From the NCBI RefSeq assembly GCF_041381155.1, contig NC_091144.1, forward strand, positions 38,732,437-38,796,436: a DNA stretch of 64,000 nt, written 5' to 3'. Within the stretch, counting starts at the first letter, position 1. Every line of letters begins with the position of its first letter. A program made the position numbers and the translations under genes. This document shows positions 13,640 to 25,525 of the stretch, piece by piece. Source of the DNA: Argopecten irradians. Its lineage: Eukaryota. Below the pieces are notes generated by a model. It worked only from the letters and a program-made list of their open reading frames with translations, was not told the origin of the DNA and did no database searches.

Positions 13640-14140
13640 GACTGACATAGATCATATAAAAGTGGGCCCTAAGATCCCTCTGGGATCTCTTGTTAGAGTA
13701 AGATATATCTCAGTCAGTTCCATTCAATGGTGGGCGCTAAGATCCCTCTGAGATCTCTTGTCAGAGTAAGATATATCTCAGTCAGTTCCATTCAATGGTG
13801 GGCGCTAAGATCCCTCTGGGATCTCTTGTTAGAGTAAGATATATCTCAGTCAGTTCCATTCAATGGTGGGCGCTAAGATCCCTCTGGGATCTCTTGTTTG
13901 AGTAAGATATATCTCAGTCAGTTCCATTCAATGGTGGGCGCTAAGATCCCTCTGGGATCTCTTGTTTGAGTAAGATATATCTCAGTCAGTTCCATTCAAT
14001 GGTGGGCGCTAAGATCCCTCTGGGATCTCTTGTTTGAGTAAGATATATCTCAGTCAGTTCCATTCAATGGTGGGCGCTAAGATCCCTCTGAGATCTCTTG
14101 TCAGAGTAAGATATCATATTCCAGTCAGTTCTAATCAATG
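13640..14140. repeat. Tandem repeat, ~61-67-bp unit x~8, ending ~45 nt before the exon 9 acceptor
   Basis: Repeated gtgggcgctaagatccctctgggatctcttgttagagtaagatatatctcagtcagttccattcaat. Confidence 0.9.
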
Positions 14141-14184
14141 GTTGACAATCTGTGTGAGATCTCTTGTTTTGTTTTTGATATCAG

Positions 14185-14294
14185 ACCACAATAAGCTGCC
14201 CTTCATGGCCATGTTGAGGAATCTTCGGAACCTGATCAAAGCGGGGATATCAGAGAAACACCACACCAACATCCTACATAGACTAACAAATGAG
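14185..14294 (+). CDS. TEP1: TEP1-like exon 9, TROVE (DHNKLPFMAMLRNLRNLIKAGISEKHHTNILHRLTNE)
   Basis: Acceptor tttttgatatcag; donor GTTTGT 14295; phases consistent. Confidence 0.8.
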
Positions 14295-14439
14295 GTTTGT
14301 ATTCTTATTTTGATTAGTCAAAAGATGACCGCCAGGCCATCATCTTGGATTTTGATAATTGATTTTGTTACTGCTATTTCTAGTACTGTGGGATCATTCT
14401 GAAATTACATATTTTATGTAGTTTGTAATTTGCGTCTAA

Positions 14440-15110
14440 TGTAGTTTTCTTTAGCTCTCTTTTCGAAAAGAGGTGGGGAAAGCTTATGGAATCAGAGTGG
14501 CATTGGAAATCACAAAGATAAAGTTTTGATGCAAGTGTTGAAATCCTGTTTTCTGTAGCAACTGAAATTGATTTCCACATTGAAGAAAGAAATGGCTTTA
14601 TTTTTTGACTTTGTAGAGACTCAAGATGGTGCATGTTGTGAAATGTGATTTATTATCTGTAGCAAGTGACAGATTTCTACATCAATATAGGATTATGTGT
14701 TGTGTATTGACAATTATTTTAAGGGAGAAAACACTGTATTTTGAGAATTTCAATAGGCCCAAAGAGCTGAAATTACCGGTTAAAGTTGTGGTGCAAGTGT
14801 TGTAATACTGTTATCTCTAGTACCTGATATGGATTTCTGCCCAATGTTGAATTATAATTTTTTTTTGTATGGATAAATATTTAAAGGAGGAAAAATCGGA
14901 ATTTTGAGAATTTTAAGATGCCCCAAGGTGCCAGTTTGTACTTTGCTTTCCCTACCTTCTTAACATTGATTTCTGTCTGAATATCGAGACTTAGAATTAC
15001 ATAGTAGATTGTTAGGGATTTATTGGCAATCTTTTTGGGGGTAAAACACAGGATTTTAAAGAATTTAAAAATTCCCAATGGACAACAGTGTACTTGCATG
15101 ATCAAAAGAT
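14440..15110. repeat. Diverged ~190-bp tandem repeats x3-4 (intron 9)
   Basis: Recurrent blocks ...gagaattt(c/t)aa(t/g)a(g/t)gcccaa(a/g)g...tgcaagtgttg...atttc. Confidence 0.5.
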
Positions 15111-15176
15111 ATTTAAAAGCTGTCCGTGGCTAGTTTGTTGCTCTTTATTTAAACATCTCGAAATTTCATTTTTTAG

Positions 15177-15267
15177 AGACAAGTCGTAAACAGCAAGCAG
15201 TTTCCATTCAGATTTTTCTCTGCGTATGAGGTTCTGGGAAATCTAGAAAAGGATTATGAAACAAGTC
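15177..15267 (+). CDS. TEP1: TEP1-like exon 10, TROVE (RQVVNSKQFPFRFFSAYEVLGNLEKDYETS)
   Basis: Acceptor tttcattttttag; donor GTAAGT 15268. Confidence 0.75.
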
Positions 15268-15450
15268 GTAAGTAATTTAAAATTATCGCATGTACATAAG
15301 GCTCAGTCAATTTTGCTGAAACACATTCACAAAAGTGACTGTTAAACAATAACTCAATTTTATCTCTAATATATATCTTATTGAGTTTAAATTGCATGAT
15401 TTTGTTTAACACCTCTTTCAGTACTTACAGTACTTTGATTTTTTTGGCAG

Positions 15451-15604
15451 AGGCAAACATAGTTGCCGCCGCTGAAGAAGCAGCTGGTATGACTGACGCC
15501 CCTGTTACACGTGGAAGGGGCCGTGGGGCTAGAGGCGGCCGAGGGGGTAAGAAGACCAATCCTGAAATGTGGTGGCTCGACAAGAAGAAGAAGAAAGGAC
15601 CACA
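15451..15604 (+). CDS. TEP1: TEP1-like exon 11; second RG/RGG-rich plus poly-Lys insert (ANIVAAAEEAAGMTDAPVTRGRGRGARGGRGGKKTNPEMWWLDKKKKKGPQ)
   Basis: Acceptor tttttttggcag; donor GTATGT 15605; an internal GTAAGA at 15547 is a possible alternative donor. The long form is preferred because it parallels exon 6. Confidence 0.6.
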
Positions 15605-15932
15605 GTATGTATATGATGTTCATTAAAGTTTAAATGTAATATAAATAATGTTTCAATGTACATTTTGTGATTTTATAACAACATGTAAAACATGTTAAAT
15701 GAAGTTATTGTATAAGTCACAATTAATTGATTTCAATGCTTGATTCAGAAGTGGATACAGAAAAGTCTCTAAATTTTTACATCTGATTTCATGCTTCCTA
15801 AGAGAAAATCTGTTTAACTGTAAGGCAATCATCAATTTAGTTCATACCTGTTCAAATGTCTTCAGTAAAAAATCATTAGAATTAAATGTACACCATTGGA
15901 ATGGAGGTGAATGTTTTGTTTGAACTTCCCAG

Positions 15933-16113
15933 GGAGACTCCATTTGACTTGCAACTGATTACAAGGTACAAAAAAGCCCTGGATAAATCAGTGAAGATCG
16001 CCACAACGTACAACGTCCAGCCGATACGAGGGCGAACCATCGTCCTCTGTGACATTGGACCAAGCATGGAAGTCAACTGTACAGCAGCCAAGGGTCTCGG
16101 CAAGCCAAGACAG
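15933..16113 (+). CDS. TEP1: TEP1-like exon 12, TROVE vWA-like (ETPFDLQLITRYKKALDKSVKIATTYNVQPIRGRTIVLCDIGPSMEVNCTAAKGLGKPRQ)
   Basis: Acceptor gaacttcccag; donor GTACAT 16114. Confidence 0.85.
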
Positions 16114-16689
16114 GTACATACACACTAGAACTCTCTGTACCGACTATAGTTGACAGAATTTTACTTTCCCTCTTCCCCATTGTCGACTATAGTTGACACT
16201 CAATATTGGTGTTCTTTATTTCTTATTATATTCAAATTTTCAATACAGTGATATATGAAAAGTATTTTAAGTTGCAAATAAACTTTCTTGTTGCTAAATA
16301 AATATTCATTTTTAATATGCGCGATGTATACTGTTTTAATGGCAGAGGTACAAGATAGATCAAACAGAAGTTATCATCATAAACATGGCGGTTTGTTGCA
16401 CCTTTCGCTCCAGATTGCAATATCAAGATAAAATCTTGATTCAGGTTATAAATGATTTATAGGATTAATTCTATTAGTAAGTAAGTTTAAATGATTGCAA
16501 TAACCTTAGCATGTTGAAATTAATTGAATAAGCACACAACAACTAGACATTTTATCCGACACTTTTTCAAAAGCTTCCGGGGGTGAGACTAATAATTATA
16601 TCTGGTACGGAATCCAGTAAGAATACAGTTCGGAAACAGTTAACTGTAACAATATGAAGGACCAAAGGCTTATGCGATATCATGGCGTC

Positions 16690-17010
16690 AGTCGTCCATC
16701 AGTCAGTCAACAATCGACTTTTTCTTCATAACCGCTTTGTGGAATTTAACAAAATTTGGTAGCATCCTTAGGGATGATGACTGAAAGTTGTACAAATGGT
16801 GGGACTGACCATCTATGGGCCTGAGAGGCAGGGCCAAAAGGAGTCAATATGGCTGTTTTCAAGTAAATGATTTTTCTCTAAAACTAAGCATTGAATAGCT
16901 TTTATATTGTATGGTAGCATCATTTTATGGTGGGAATTGAAAATTGTACAAATGGTGGGGCTGACCCTTCGGAGGCCTGAGGGGCAGGCAAAAAGGGTGA
17001 ATATAGCTAT
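16690..17010. mobile_element. Family A: two tandem partial copies
   Basis: ...aaatttggtagcatc...gaaagttgtacaaatggtgggactgacc...gggcctgagaggcagggccaaaagg, x2. Confidence 0.55.
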
Positions 17011-17039
17011 TTCAATATATAAACATATCTATATGTTTG

Positions 17040-17914
17040 TAGGATATTACATTTGTTGACTCATTGTAGATGATTGACTCGTTGTAGATGAAGGAGGTTG
17101 TAGTATATTACATTTGTTAACTAATTGTAGATGAAGAATTTTGTAGTATATTACATTTATTGACTCGTTGTAGATGAAGGAGGTTGTAGTATATTACATT
17201 TATTGACTCGTTGTAGATGAAGGAGTTTGTAGTATATTACATTTGTTGACTCGTTGTAGATGAAGGAGGTTGTAGTATATTACATTTATTGACTCGTTGT
17301 AGATGAAGGAGGTGTTGCAGTATATTACATTTGTTGACTCGTTGTAGATGAAGGAGGTTACAGTATATTACATTTGTTAACTAATTGTAGATGAAGGATT
17401 TTGTAGGATATTACATTTATTGACTCGTTGTAGATGAGGGAAGTTGTAGTATATTACATTTGTTGACTCGTTGTAGATGAAGGAGTTTGTAGTATATTAC
17501 ATTTGTTGACTTGTTGTAGATGAAGGAGTTTGTAGTATATTACATTTATTGACTCGTTGTAGATGAAGGAGTTTGTAGTATATTACATTTATTGACTCGT
17601 TGTAGATGAAGGAGTTTGTAGTATATTACATTTATTGACTCGTTGTAGATGAAGGAGTTTGTAGTATTACATTTATTTATTTTTATTGACTCGTTGTAGA
17701 TGAAGGAGTTTGTAGTATATTACATTTATTGACTCGTTGTAGATGAAGGAGTTTGTAGTATATTACATTTATTGACTCGTTGTAGATGAAGGAGTTTGTT
17801 GTATGTTACATTTGTTGACTCGTTGTAGATGAAGGAGTTTGTAGTATATTACATTTATTGACTCGTTGTAGATGAAGGAGTTTGTAGTATATTACATTTA
17901 TTGACTCGTTGTAG
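17040..17914. repeat. Minisatellite, 43-bp unit x~20 (gtagtatattacatttgttgactcgttgtagatgaaggaggtt). Each unit is an acceptor (cgttgtag) plus the start of exon 13 (atgaaggaggtt)
   Basis: Period 43; abuts the exon 13 acceptor. Confidence 0.95.
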
Positions 17915-18067
17915 ATGAAGGAGGTTGCAGTTCTACTCGGCCTGATGTGTAAATACTCGTGTGAGGAATGTGACCTGATTGCCTTTACTCAGCAGACTTA
18001 CTTCAATGTTCACCTCAAACCTGGCACGATTCTCGAGAATATGGACATTGTTTTAAACCCAGACCTT
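17915..18067 (+). CDS. TEP1: TEP1-like exon 13 (MKEVAVLLGLMCKYSCEECDLIAFTQQTYFNVHLKPGTILENMDIVLNPDL)
   Basis: Acceptor cgttgtag, the last copy of the 43-bp array; donor GTAAGT 18068. Confidence 0.8.
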
Positions 18068-18225
18068 GTAAGTTTGTCTTGGTTATCTTATTTACTCTCT
18101 TATGTCTGTAGTATGCACTATGATTACCAGATAGTAGGTTTGTGATTCAGGCCCATTGGGCCTGTGTTCTAATCTATTTCCTATTCCCAGCAATAATAAC
18201 AGAACTTGTGTGTTTTGTTTGACAG

Positions 18226-18315
18226 CTATCCACCAGTGTATCGAAGAATTCTCAACCGATGCCTTTTATGTTACCACATCAAATCCTTTCTGATGCTCTA
18301 AGGGACCGAGTACAG
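18226..18315 (+). CDS. TEP1: TEP1-like exon 14 (LSTSVSKNSQPMPFMLPHQILSDALRDRVQ)
   Basis: Acceptor ttttgtttgacag; donor GTGAGT 18316. Confidence 0.8.
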
Positions 18316-18394
18316 GTGAGTAGCCTAGATCTTTTTAGTCATTTGAATGAAAAGTTTACGCATGGTACATGCGGTCTTGCATAACGATGAATGA

Positions 18395-18960
18395 AGCATG
18401 ATGACAATAGGTCATCTGACCCTTCCAAAGTCCAAGGATACTCATATTGGGCCTGTATCATGCTGTGATTAAGGGCTATCAAGTTTGTTCAAATAAATGA
18501 CCTTGACCTTCATTTAAAGTCACAGGGATCAAATAAGCTAAAGTCTTTAACCACTTCTTGTCAACTTCTAAGAGACTTAGAGACTTTTATATTTGGTCTG
18601 TATCATGCTTGGATTAATAGACTAAAATGTTAAAACAACCAAGTTTTTTTCATATGAATGACCTTAACCTTCATTTAGGGTCATAGTGGTTAAAAAGATT
18701 GAAATCTGTAAACAACTTCTTGTCAATAACTAATAGCCCTAGAGACCTGATATTGGGCCTGTAGCATGCTGGGATGAAGGGCTATCAAGTTTGTTCAAAT
18801 GAATGACCGTAACATTCATTTAAGGTCACAGGGGTTAAATAGTTTAAAGTTTTTAAACAAAATTCTGTCAATAACTTAAAATGATGCCTAAAATACTGAT
18901 ATTGAGTCTGTAGCATACTAGAATGAAGGGCTTATATGTTTATTCAAGCGAAAGAACTTT
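18395..18960. repeat. Interspersed ~160-bp satellite-like family B: ~3.5 tandem units (..agagacctgatattgggcctgtagcatgctgggatgaagggctatcaagtttgttcaaatgaatgaccttgaccttcatttaaggtcacagggg(t/a)tcaaata(g/a)gctaaa..)
   Basis: Homologous arrays at 27130-27595 and 32550-32830, plus a fragment at 3905-3995. Confidence 0.75.
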
Positions 18961-19299
18961 ACCTACTTTAAGGTCAAAATTTCAAAAATATATATCGGAA
19001 ATTTACTACTTCAACTGATGAGAGAGTTCCTTGTGTTGCCTTTACTATGACTGTGTTGTTTTGTGCCGATAGTTAGATGACTGTTAACACCCACGGGCCT
19101 TTCATACAAATCTTGATATTGAATAGATTTAATTCATCCCTGATATTTCTAATTGCCTATTATTGGTGTAGGTGTTTTAGATTGCTAAGTAAAGCTGATT
19201 CCTGGGGTAGTAGCTTGTGGCTACCTAAGTTCACAACAGCTTTGATACCTGGGTATTTCAAATTTATGTTTGAATATCATAAAACTTCATGAGTGTATT

Positions 19300-19745
19300 T
19301 CCTTGATCATCTGATAGTCTGATCTCAGGACATAATGAAATGGATGTACTTGTATATTTACATGACGATCTGTTGTAAGGCAGAATGTTCTTAGGACATA
19401 ATGAATTGGATGTACTTGTATATCTATATGACGATCTGTGGTAAGGGAGAAAATTCCTAGGACATAATGAAATGGACATACTTGACATGTATATTTACAT
19501 GACGATCTGTTGTAAGGCAGAAAATTCTTAGGACATAATGAAATGGACATACTTGTATATTTACATAACGATCTGTTGTAAGGCAGAAATTTCCTAGGAC
19601 ATAATGAAATGGACATACTTGTATATTTACATGACGATCTGTTGTAAGGCAGAAATTTCCTAGGACATAATGAAATGGACATACTTGTATATTTACATGA
19701 CGATCTGGTTGTAAGGCAGAAAATTCTAAGGACATAATGAATTGA
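19300..19745. repeat. Tandem repeat, ~65-bp unit x~7 (ggacataatgaaatggacatacttgtatatttacatgacgatctgttgtaaggcagaaaattcttag)
   Basis: Visual periodicity; 50 nt upstream of the exon 15 acceptor. Confidence 0.85.
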
Positions 19746-19797
19746 ATATACTTGTATATTGGAAGGTGGAATATACTTATATATTGATGTTTAATAG

Positions 19798-19940
19798 GTT
19801 GATAACTTGATCTTCCTGAGCGGTGGTGACAATGTACCTACCCAGCAACAGTATCTATCAACTTTTCTGAAAAAATACAGAGAGATTGTCAACCCCAATC
19901 TCCTGTATGTCAACATTTCCTTCGCAGGCAAGAGTTGTGG
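19798..19940 (+). CDS. TEP1: TEP1-like exon 15 (VDNLIFLSGGDNVPTQQQYLSTFLKKYREIVNPNLLYVNISFAGKSCG)
   Basis: Acceptor atgtttaatag; donor GTAAGT 19941. Confidence 0.8.
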
Positions 19941-20648
19941 GTAAGTGTTAGAAATGATTTGGAACTTTTATCTATAGTCAATTCTACCGACAGCCTGTGG
20001 TATTTTGACCCACATGGTAAAATGACCCAAGGTCAGCATGCTAGTACCATCATACATACTTGATGATGATCATAAGAAAATCTGTCAGCATGTTTCAAAT
20101 TAAAAGAGAAGTACAAGGAAATACAGGTACTGTGTCTGAATATACTATTAGGTAAATGTTTATTTGAGTAAGTTGTCTGAAAAAGTAATAAAAACATTGA
20201 TGTCACTATTTTTTGATTTCTTTAGGTTATAATGAATTTTTCTTTGTTTTCATACCAAATCTGGCTTTATGACCGTCCTACACTTTTTTTTGCATACCCC
20301 TACGGTATGAAAAAAACATCTGAGAATGGGAAAAAACCCTGACGTTATCGTGACGTCACAATAGAGACATTGACGTGCGTATTGATTAAGAAAAAGAATC
20401 CCTTGAAAAATCACTAGAATGGTCCATTTAATCATACTTTATTTTATCAAATAGATTATGAAATTAATATATGAAAAAATGAAAAAAATTGTGACATCAA
20501 TGAAATAAATTTCGTTTGTGAGAATCCGCTAAAAAGAATCGGGCAATCAGAAAGTTTAATTTATTATGAAAGTAAAGAAAAAACTATTTTACTTAAACAA
20601 CAATGAGAGAAGTAAAGATGAAACTTTATTTTTTATTATTTTTCGCAG

Positions 20649-20720
20649 ATTTTCCGAGAGTATCATTCCCGAGCATGACAACGATATTTACATCTCCGGC
20701 TACAGTGACCAGATTCTGAG
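20649..20720 (+). CDS. TEP1: TEP1-like exon 16 (FSESIIPEHDNDIYISGYSDQILR)
   Basis: Acceptor ttatttttcgcag; donor GTAAGA 20721. Confidence 0.8.
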
Positions 20721-21392
20721 GTAAGACAAACTAATCGGCCATATACATAAGAAAAACTAACATCATCTTCGTAACCAGCATTCAGATGAAATTTGGTTCC
20801 ACAAAAAATAAGTATGTTTACATTATAAAAAAAAAACATTTGAAGTTTTCTTTTTAAATTGGCCATATATATTAGAATTTATCACATAACTAGTCCATCA
20901 TGCCAAGTCATACGGCCATGTCCTAAATATCATAAGATACATGTGTAATAACACTATTGTGATGTCACTGGTAGTTTTGGCGTCATAATCTATATGTGAT
21001 GTCGCTTGATTGTCTCAGTAGACGGAAACGTCACATCTGAGCCAGATTTCTTGTTTTATAAGAGACGAAATCTTAAGTTTTACTTATATCTCTATTATTA
21101 AAAGTTATTAATAAATTAGAAACTTACACTCGTAACTATGTGATATGAAATTTATCAAACTCGTTAAATAATCTGATATGCCACTCGTCTAAAGGCTCGC
21201 GGGATATAAAATTGAACTTGTTTGATAACTTTCATATCACATAGCCACTCATGTAAGATTGTCTATTTATTGGCCAGGTGTTGTCATGTAGGCCCAGTCC
21301 TGTACTGTCCAGTCCTTTGATGTTAATGTGATGGAGACAGGTATTTCTAGCTTCTAAAGGAAATTTCTTATCTTTCATTTAATCTTCTGTAG

Positions 21393-21554
21393 GTTCATAG
21401 CAGAGAGAGGAGAAGGGGGACAACTGCGTCATGTAGAAAAGATAGATGAAGCTTTTGACCTTCGACCTATGCCTGCAACATCAGCAGACCGAAGAAGCAA
21501 ACAAAAACTGGAGAAGCCAGAAAAACCTCTTCCTATAGTGTCTAATACTCGCAG
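21393..21554 (+). CDS. TEP1: TEP1-like exon 17, linker (FIAERGEGGQLRHVEKIDEAFDLRPMPATSADRRSKQKLEKPEKPLPIVSNTR)
   Basis: Acceptor atcttctgtag; donor GTAAAG 21555. Confidence 0.8.
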
Positions 21555-21669
21555 GTAAAGATTGGGGAAATACTATGTAGATAGAGCTGGCTCTGTTTAG
21601 TGTCTTAAATACCTGACTGTTATACAAAATTCTTTTGTATTCTGTTGATGATTTTTTTATTTTTTTCAG

Positions 21670-21846
21670 CTGGAAAACTCTCCGTGTGTTTATTTCGTCT
21701 ACATTCCGTGATATGCATGGGGAAAGAGACATTCTTACAAGAACTATTTTCCCGGAGTTGCGTGCCCTTGCCAAGCCACACTTTATCAATGTGTATGAAA
21801 TTGACCTGCGGTGGGGCGTCACAGAGAATGACACAAAAACTAACAG
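21670..21846 (+). CDS. TEP1: TEP1-like exon 18, DUF4062-like block upstream of NACHT ([58 protein letters not shown])
   Basis: Acceptor atttttttcag; donor GTAAAA 21847. Confidence 0.85.
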
Positions 21847-21867
21847 GTAAAACTACTGTTTTTTCGT

Positions 21868-22100
21868 TTGCTCACCTGGCCCAAAGGGCCGGTGAGCTTA
21901 TGTCATGGCGCGGCTTCTGTCGTCCGCCCGTCAACATTTCCTTTAAATCGCTACTACTCGTAGAGTTCTACATTGATTGTAACCAAATTTGGCCAGAAAC
22001 ATCCTTTGAGGAGAGGGAACAGTTTTTTTTTCCTTTTTTTTTGGCTCTGACCCCCTTGAGCAGAAAGAGTGGGGACCCAATAAGGAAATAAAACATAAAT
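21868..22100. mobile_element. Family A: near full-length copy
   Basis: ttgctcacctggcccaaagggccggtgagcttatgtcatggcgcgg...aaccaaatttggccagaaacatcctttgaggagagggaacag...ggggacccaataagg. Confidence 0.6.
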
Positions 22101-22266
22101 CTTTGAATTTCTTCAAAAAAGAAACAGTGATCCTGTATTCAGAACTTACTTGGTATTGTTAACCAGGTGAGTGATACATGCCTTCTGGGCCTCTTGTTTG
22201 TTTTTCCTTCTTATGGACAAGGTGATTTGAGTCTATATTATTCCTACTTTTGATTTGTATTTCCAG

Positions 22267-22509
22267 GACAATGGAGCTCTGTCTCTCAGAGGTGAAACAA
22301 TGCAACCTGTTCTTAGGAATCCTGGGAGAGAGGTACGGCTGGATACCGGAGAAGTACATCGTCCCGGACACAGCTGAGTATGACTGGGTCAGGGAGAGTA
22401 AGCCTGGTCTGTCTGTTACAGAAATGGAAATGTACGCTGGAGCCCTCAGTCAGCCGCAGCAAACACAGCAGTCAGCGTTCTTCTTCATCAGGGATAGCAA
22501 GTTTGAAAA
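22267..22509 (+). CDS. TEP1: TEP1-like exon 19 (TMELCLSEVKQCNLFLGILGERYGWIPEKYIVPDTAEYDWVRESKPGLSVTEMEMYAGAL...FFIRDSKFEK)
   Basis: Acceptor gtatttccag; donor GTAGGA 22510. Confidence 0.85.
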
Positions 22510-22969
22510 GTAGGATACAATTTCATACATCACAATTTGAATTTCATCTACTTGTACTAAAAAAGTTTTTGAGAATCATTATGGTATCTGAAATTGATTG
22601 GCTGATGGAAAATCTGCAAGTGATCCCCCCAAACCTATAGAGTAGAAAATTGTTTACTACTGTATAGTTGTTAAATTTTGCGGGTGTAAAATTTCACAAT
22701 TGTTTCACCATTATTTGCAGGGGTTTATTTTCGCGAATTTTCGTAGAAGCCTATGAAAGCGCCATTTAGAGGACAGATTATGATATGTAAACCATAATTT
22801 TCATAAATTTCGTGAGGTATTAGATTTCGCAATTTTTGATGGATCTGAGAATTTAGCAAAATTAAACCCCCCCCCCAGATATTAGAACCATTACAGTATT
22901 TAAACATTTGTTGGAGTGACAAGTTAACCTAGAGGTCGATTGAAGAATCGTTATCTTTTACTGTTGTAG

Positions 22970-23204
22970 AAATATTCCTCAAGAATTTATGTCGGACTTT
23001 GTCGCTGAGAATGATGAATGTAAAGAGAAAATGGCTGCCTTGAAAACAAGGATACGAAACAGTGGCTTGGAGGTGTATGATGGGTACCCTTGTGAGTGGG
23101 GTGGCGTCGCCGAAGACAAACCTCTCGTATCAGGTCTTCAACAATTCGGTGCTCGAGTACTTAACAACCTTTGGAACGCCATAAATAAACAATACATTGA
23201 GGAG
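22970..23204 (+). CDS. TEP1: TEP1-like exon 20 (NIPQEFMSDFVAENDECKEKMAALKTRIRNSGLEVYDGYPCEWGGVAEDKPLVSGLQQFGARVLNNLWNAINKQYIEE)
   Basis: Acceptor ctgttgtag; donor GTACTT 23205. Confidence 0.8.
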
Positions 23205-23773
23205 GTACTTCATTCTGAAAAAAAATTCTTCTAAACATTCTGTATCTTTTATAAATTTCTGAACTTCAATAAGAATAGAAATGATTGATTAAAAAGCAAA
23301 ACTTAGAAATGTTAAACGATTATTGCTGGGTTCAAACTTTTCATGTTTTTAGCCCCTCACCAAACGGGCAGCTATCTTGGATTTTAATAGTTGAAAGTTT
23401 GTTACCGCTATTCTCAAAAATTACTGAGGAAATATATCTGAAATTTGATCTGTAGATTCCCCTACGACCTTAGTTGTGCAAATTGCATTTTGGGACCAAC
23501 AAGATGGCCAACAGGGATCATCTTGTATTTTGATATTTGAAGTTTGTTACCACTATTTCTCAGAAATAACTACCTAAAATATAAACTCATATTCCATATT
23601 ATGTAGGTTCTTGTAGGACCCTAGTTGTGCATATTGCATTTTGACACCTATCTGCTCTAATCTTATATTCATACAAGGCCAGGAGAGGATTGCCTCAGAC
23701 ACCGAAGGGATCATAGACTCAAATTGATTGAAAAAATTGAAACTGGTGTAAAGTCTCAACTTTGTATTTGCAG

Positions 23774-23956
23774 CTTGAGGTGTTGGATGAAAATGCACAC
23801 ACAACAAAACAGCACCAGGCGATGTTGGAGCGTCATCAAGAAAACTTCGTTGGACGAAAGACAATGATAAAGGAATGCCTCAAACAGCTGCAGTTTTTGC
23901 CCTCTGGAATTCTGGGATTGGTTGGCAAACCTGGAACTGGGAAATCTGCTGTCATG
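23774..23956 (+). CDS. TEP1: TEP1-like exon 21, NACHT Walker A (…FVGRKTMIKECLKQLQFLPSGILGLVGKPGTGKSAVM)
   Basis: Acceptor tgtatttgcag; P-loop GKPGTGKS; donor GTAACG 23957. Confidence 0.9.
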
Positions 23957-24281
23957 GTAACGATTTTCATATAATTAAAAGTAATTGTTTAGTTAAGGGT
24001 TTGAGTTTAGTTCATACTAAAAGCATGAAAAAGGCTGGTATAGTCCAAAGCCCAAACATACATAAGGCATGAAAATCAGGAATTTTACAGTGCATTAATT
24101 TTCTCTTGTAACAAATGCATCATACATGCTTGTCTGTCCATTTAAATGATTTTCACAACTTAATTCATTTCAACTGATGGTTTTTAATAGATTACAGAAG
24201 ACAAAATAACAAAATATTTCGTCCAGTTATGACACATATTGCTTTTAATAAATGGGCACTTGTGAATCCTGTGTCTTGTAG

Positions 24282-24457
24282 GCCTCAGTAGTACATAGTT
24301 ACGTGGACTCAGCCATGTGTGACAGTGCCATGTCAGTCCTGACGCATGTCGTGGGAGCTGCACCAGGTTCTACCAATATTCTGGCTACCCTCCGCCGTCT
24401 CACACACGAGGTCAAGCGCAGATTTGGACTGGTCAAGGAGGTTCCTGAGGATTTCAA
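24282..24457 (+). CDS. TEP1: TEP1-like exon 22, NACHT (ASVVHSYVDSAMCDSAMSVLTHVVGAAPGSTNILATLRRLTHEVKRRFGLVKEVPEDFK)
   Basis: Acceptor tgtcttgtag; donor GTAAGA 24458. Confidence 0.85.
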
Positions 24458-24629
24458 GTAAGATTAGTGATAGATAGTGGGTCAGTAGGTGCCCTAACTT
24501 GAGTGTACCATATTATAAGCCGTAGAAGACAACAATTTTACAAAAAAATTTTTTGTATTTTTTAATTTTTTTTTTGGGGGGGGGGGGGAGGGGATGTTAC
24601 GTCACCTGGGACGAAGTCTCAGATAATTT

Positions 24630-25525
24630 ATTGGGAGTAACAGTAAATATATTTTGTTTAAGGACGCTAAGAATGTAAGAGTAAATGTATTTTGTTTTAG
24701 GACACTGAGAATGGAAGAGTAAATGTATTTTGTTTAAGGACGCTAAGAATGTAAGAGTAAATGTATTTTGTTTAAGGACGCTAAGAATGTAAGAGTAAAT
24801 GTATTTTGTTTTAGGACGCTAAGAATGTAAGAGTAAATGTATTTTGTTTTAGGACGCTAAGAATGTAAGAGTAAATGTATTTTGTTTTAGGACCCTGAGA
24901 ATGTAAGAGTAAATGTATTTTGTTTAAGGACGCTAAGAATGTAAGAGTAAATGTATTTTGTTGTAGGACGCTAAGAATGTAAGAGTAAATGTATTTTGTT
25001 TTAGGACCCTGAGAATGTAAGAGTAAATGTATTTTGTTTTAGGACGTTGAGAATGTAAGAGTAAATGTATTTTGTTGTAGGACGTTGAGAATGTAAGAGT
25101 AAATGTATTTTGTTGTAGGACGTTGACCCAGGTGATGGGCGAGATGCTGAGATTGTAAGAGTAGATGTATTTTGTTTAAGGACCCTGGAAATGTAAGAGT
25201 AAATGTATTTTGTTGTAAGTCCCTGAGAATGTAAGAGTAAATGTATTTTGTTGTAGGACGTTGACCCAGGTGATAGGAGGGTTGACCCAGGTGATGGGTG
25301 AGATGCTGAGAATGTAAGAGTAAATCTATTTTGTTGTAGGACGTTGACCCAGGTGATGGGTGAGATGCTGAGAATGTAAGAGTAAACCTATTTCGGTGTA
25401 GGACATTGACCCAGGTGATGGGTGAGATGCTGAGAATGTAAGAGTAAACCTATTTCGGTGTAGGACATTGACCCAGGTGATGGGTGAGATGCTGAGAATG
25501 TAAGAGTAAATCTATTTTGTTGTAG
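24630..25525. repeat. Minisatellite, 38-63-bp unit x~17. Units contain an acceptor copy (ttttgtt(t/g)tag|gac) and, in the 3' half of the array, the first ~30 nt of exon 23 followed by a GTAAGA donor-like motif
   Basis: Repeated gacgctaagaatgtaagagtaaatgtattttgttttag, then an expanded unit ggacgttgacccaggtgatgggtgagatgctgagaatgtaagagtaaa... Confidence 0.9.

Noticed and set aside
15547-15552. Alternative GTAAGA donor inside exon 11
   Set aside because: It is in frame and would remove the poly-Lys tail. The long form was kept because the downstream GTATGT donor gives the correct phase and parallels exon 6. The question is unresolved without transcripts.
19264-19735. Overlapping minus-strand ORFs (74-131 aa) with repeated motifs
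   Set aside because: They are generated by the ~65-bp tandem repeat in intron 14 and are not genes.
22855-22870. Poly-C (8 nt) homopolymer tract, and a poly-G/GA tract at 24571-24595
   Set aside because: These are simple homopolymers in introns. They are noted only as possible sequencing-error hotspots.
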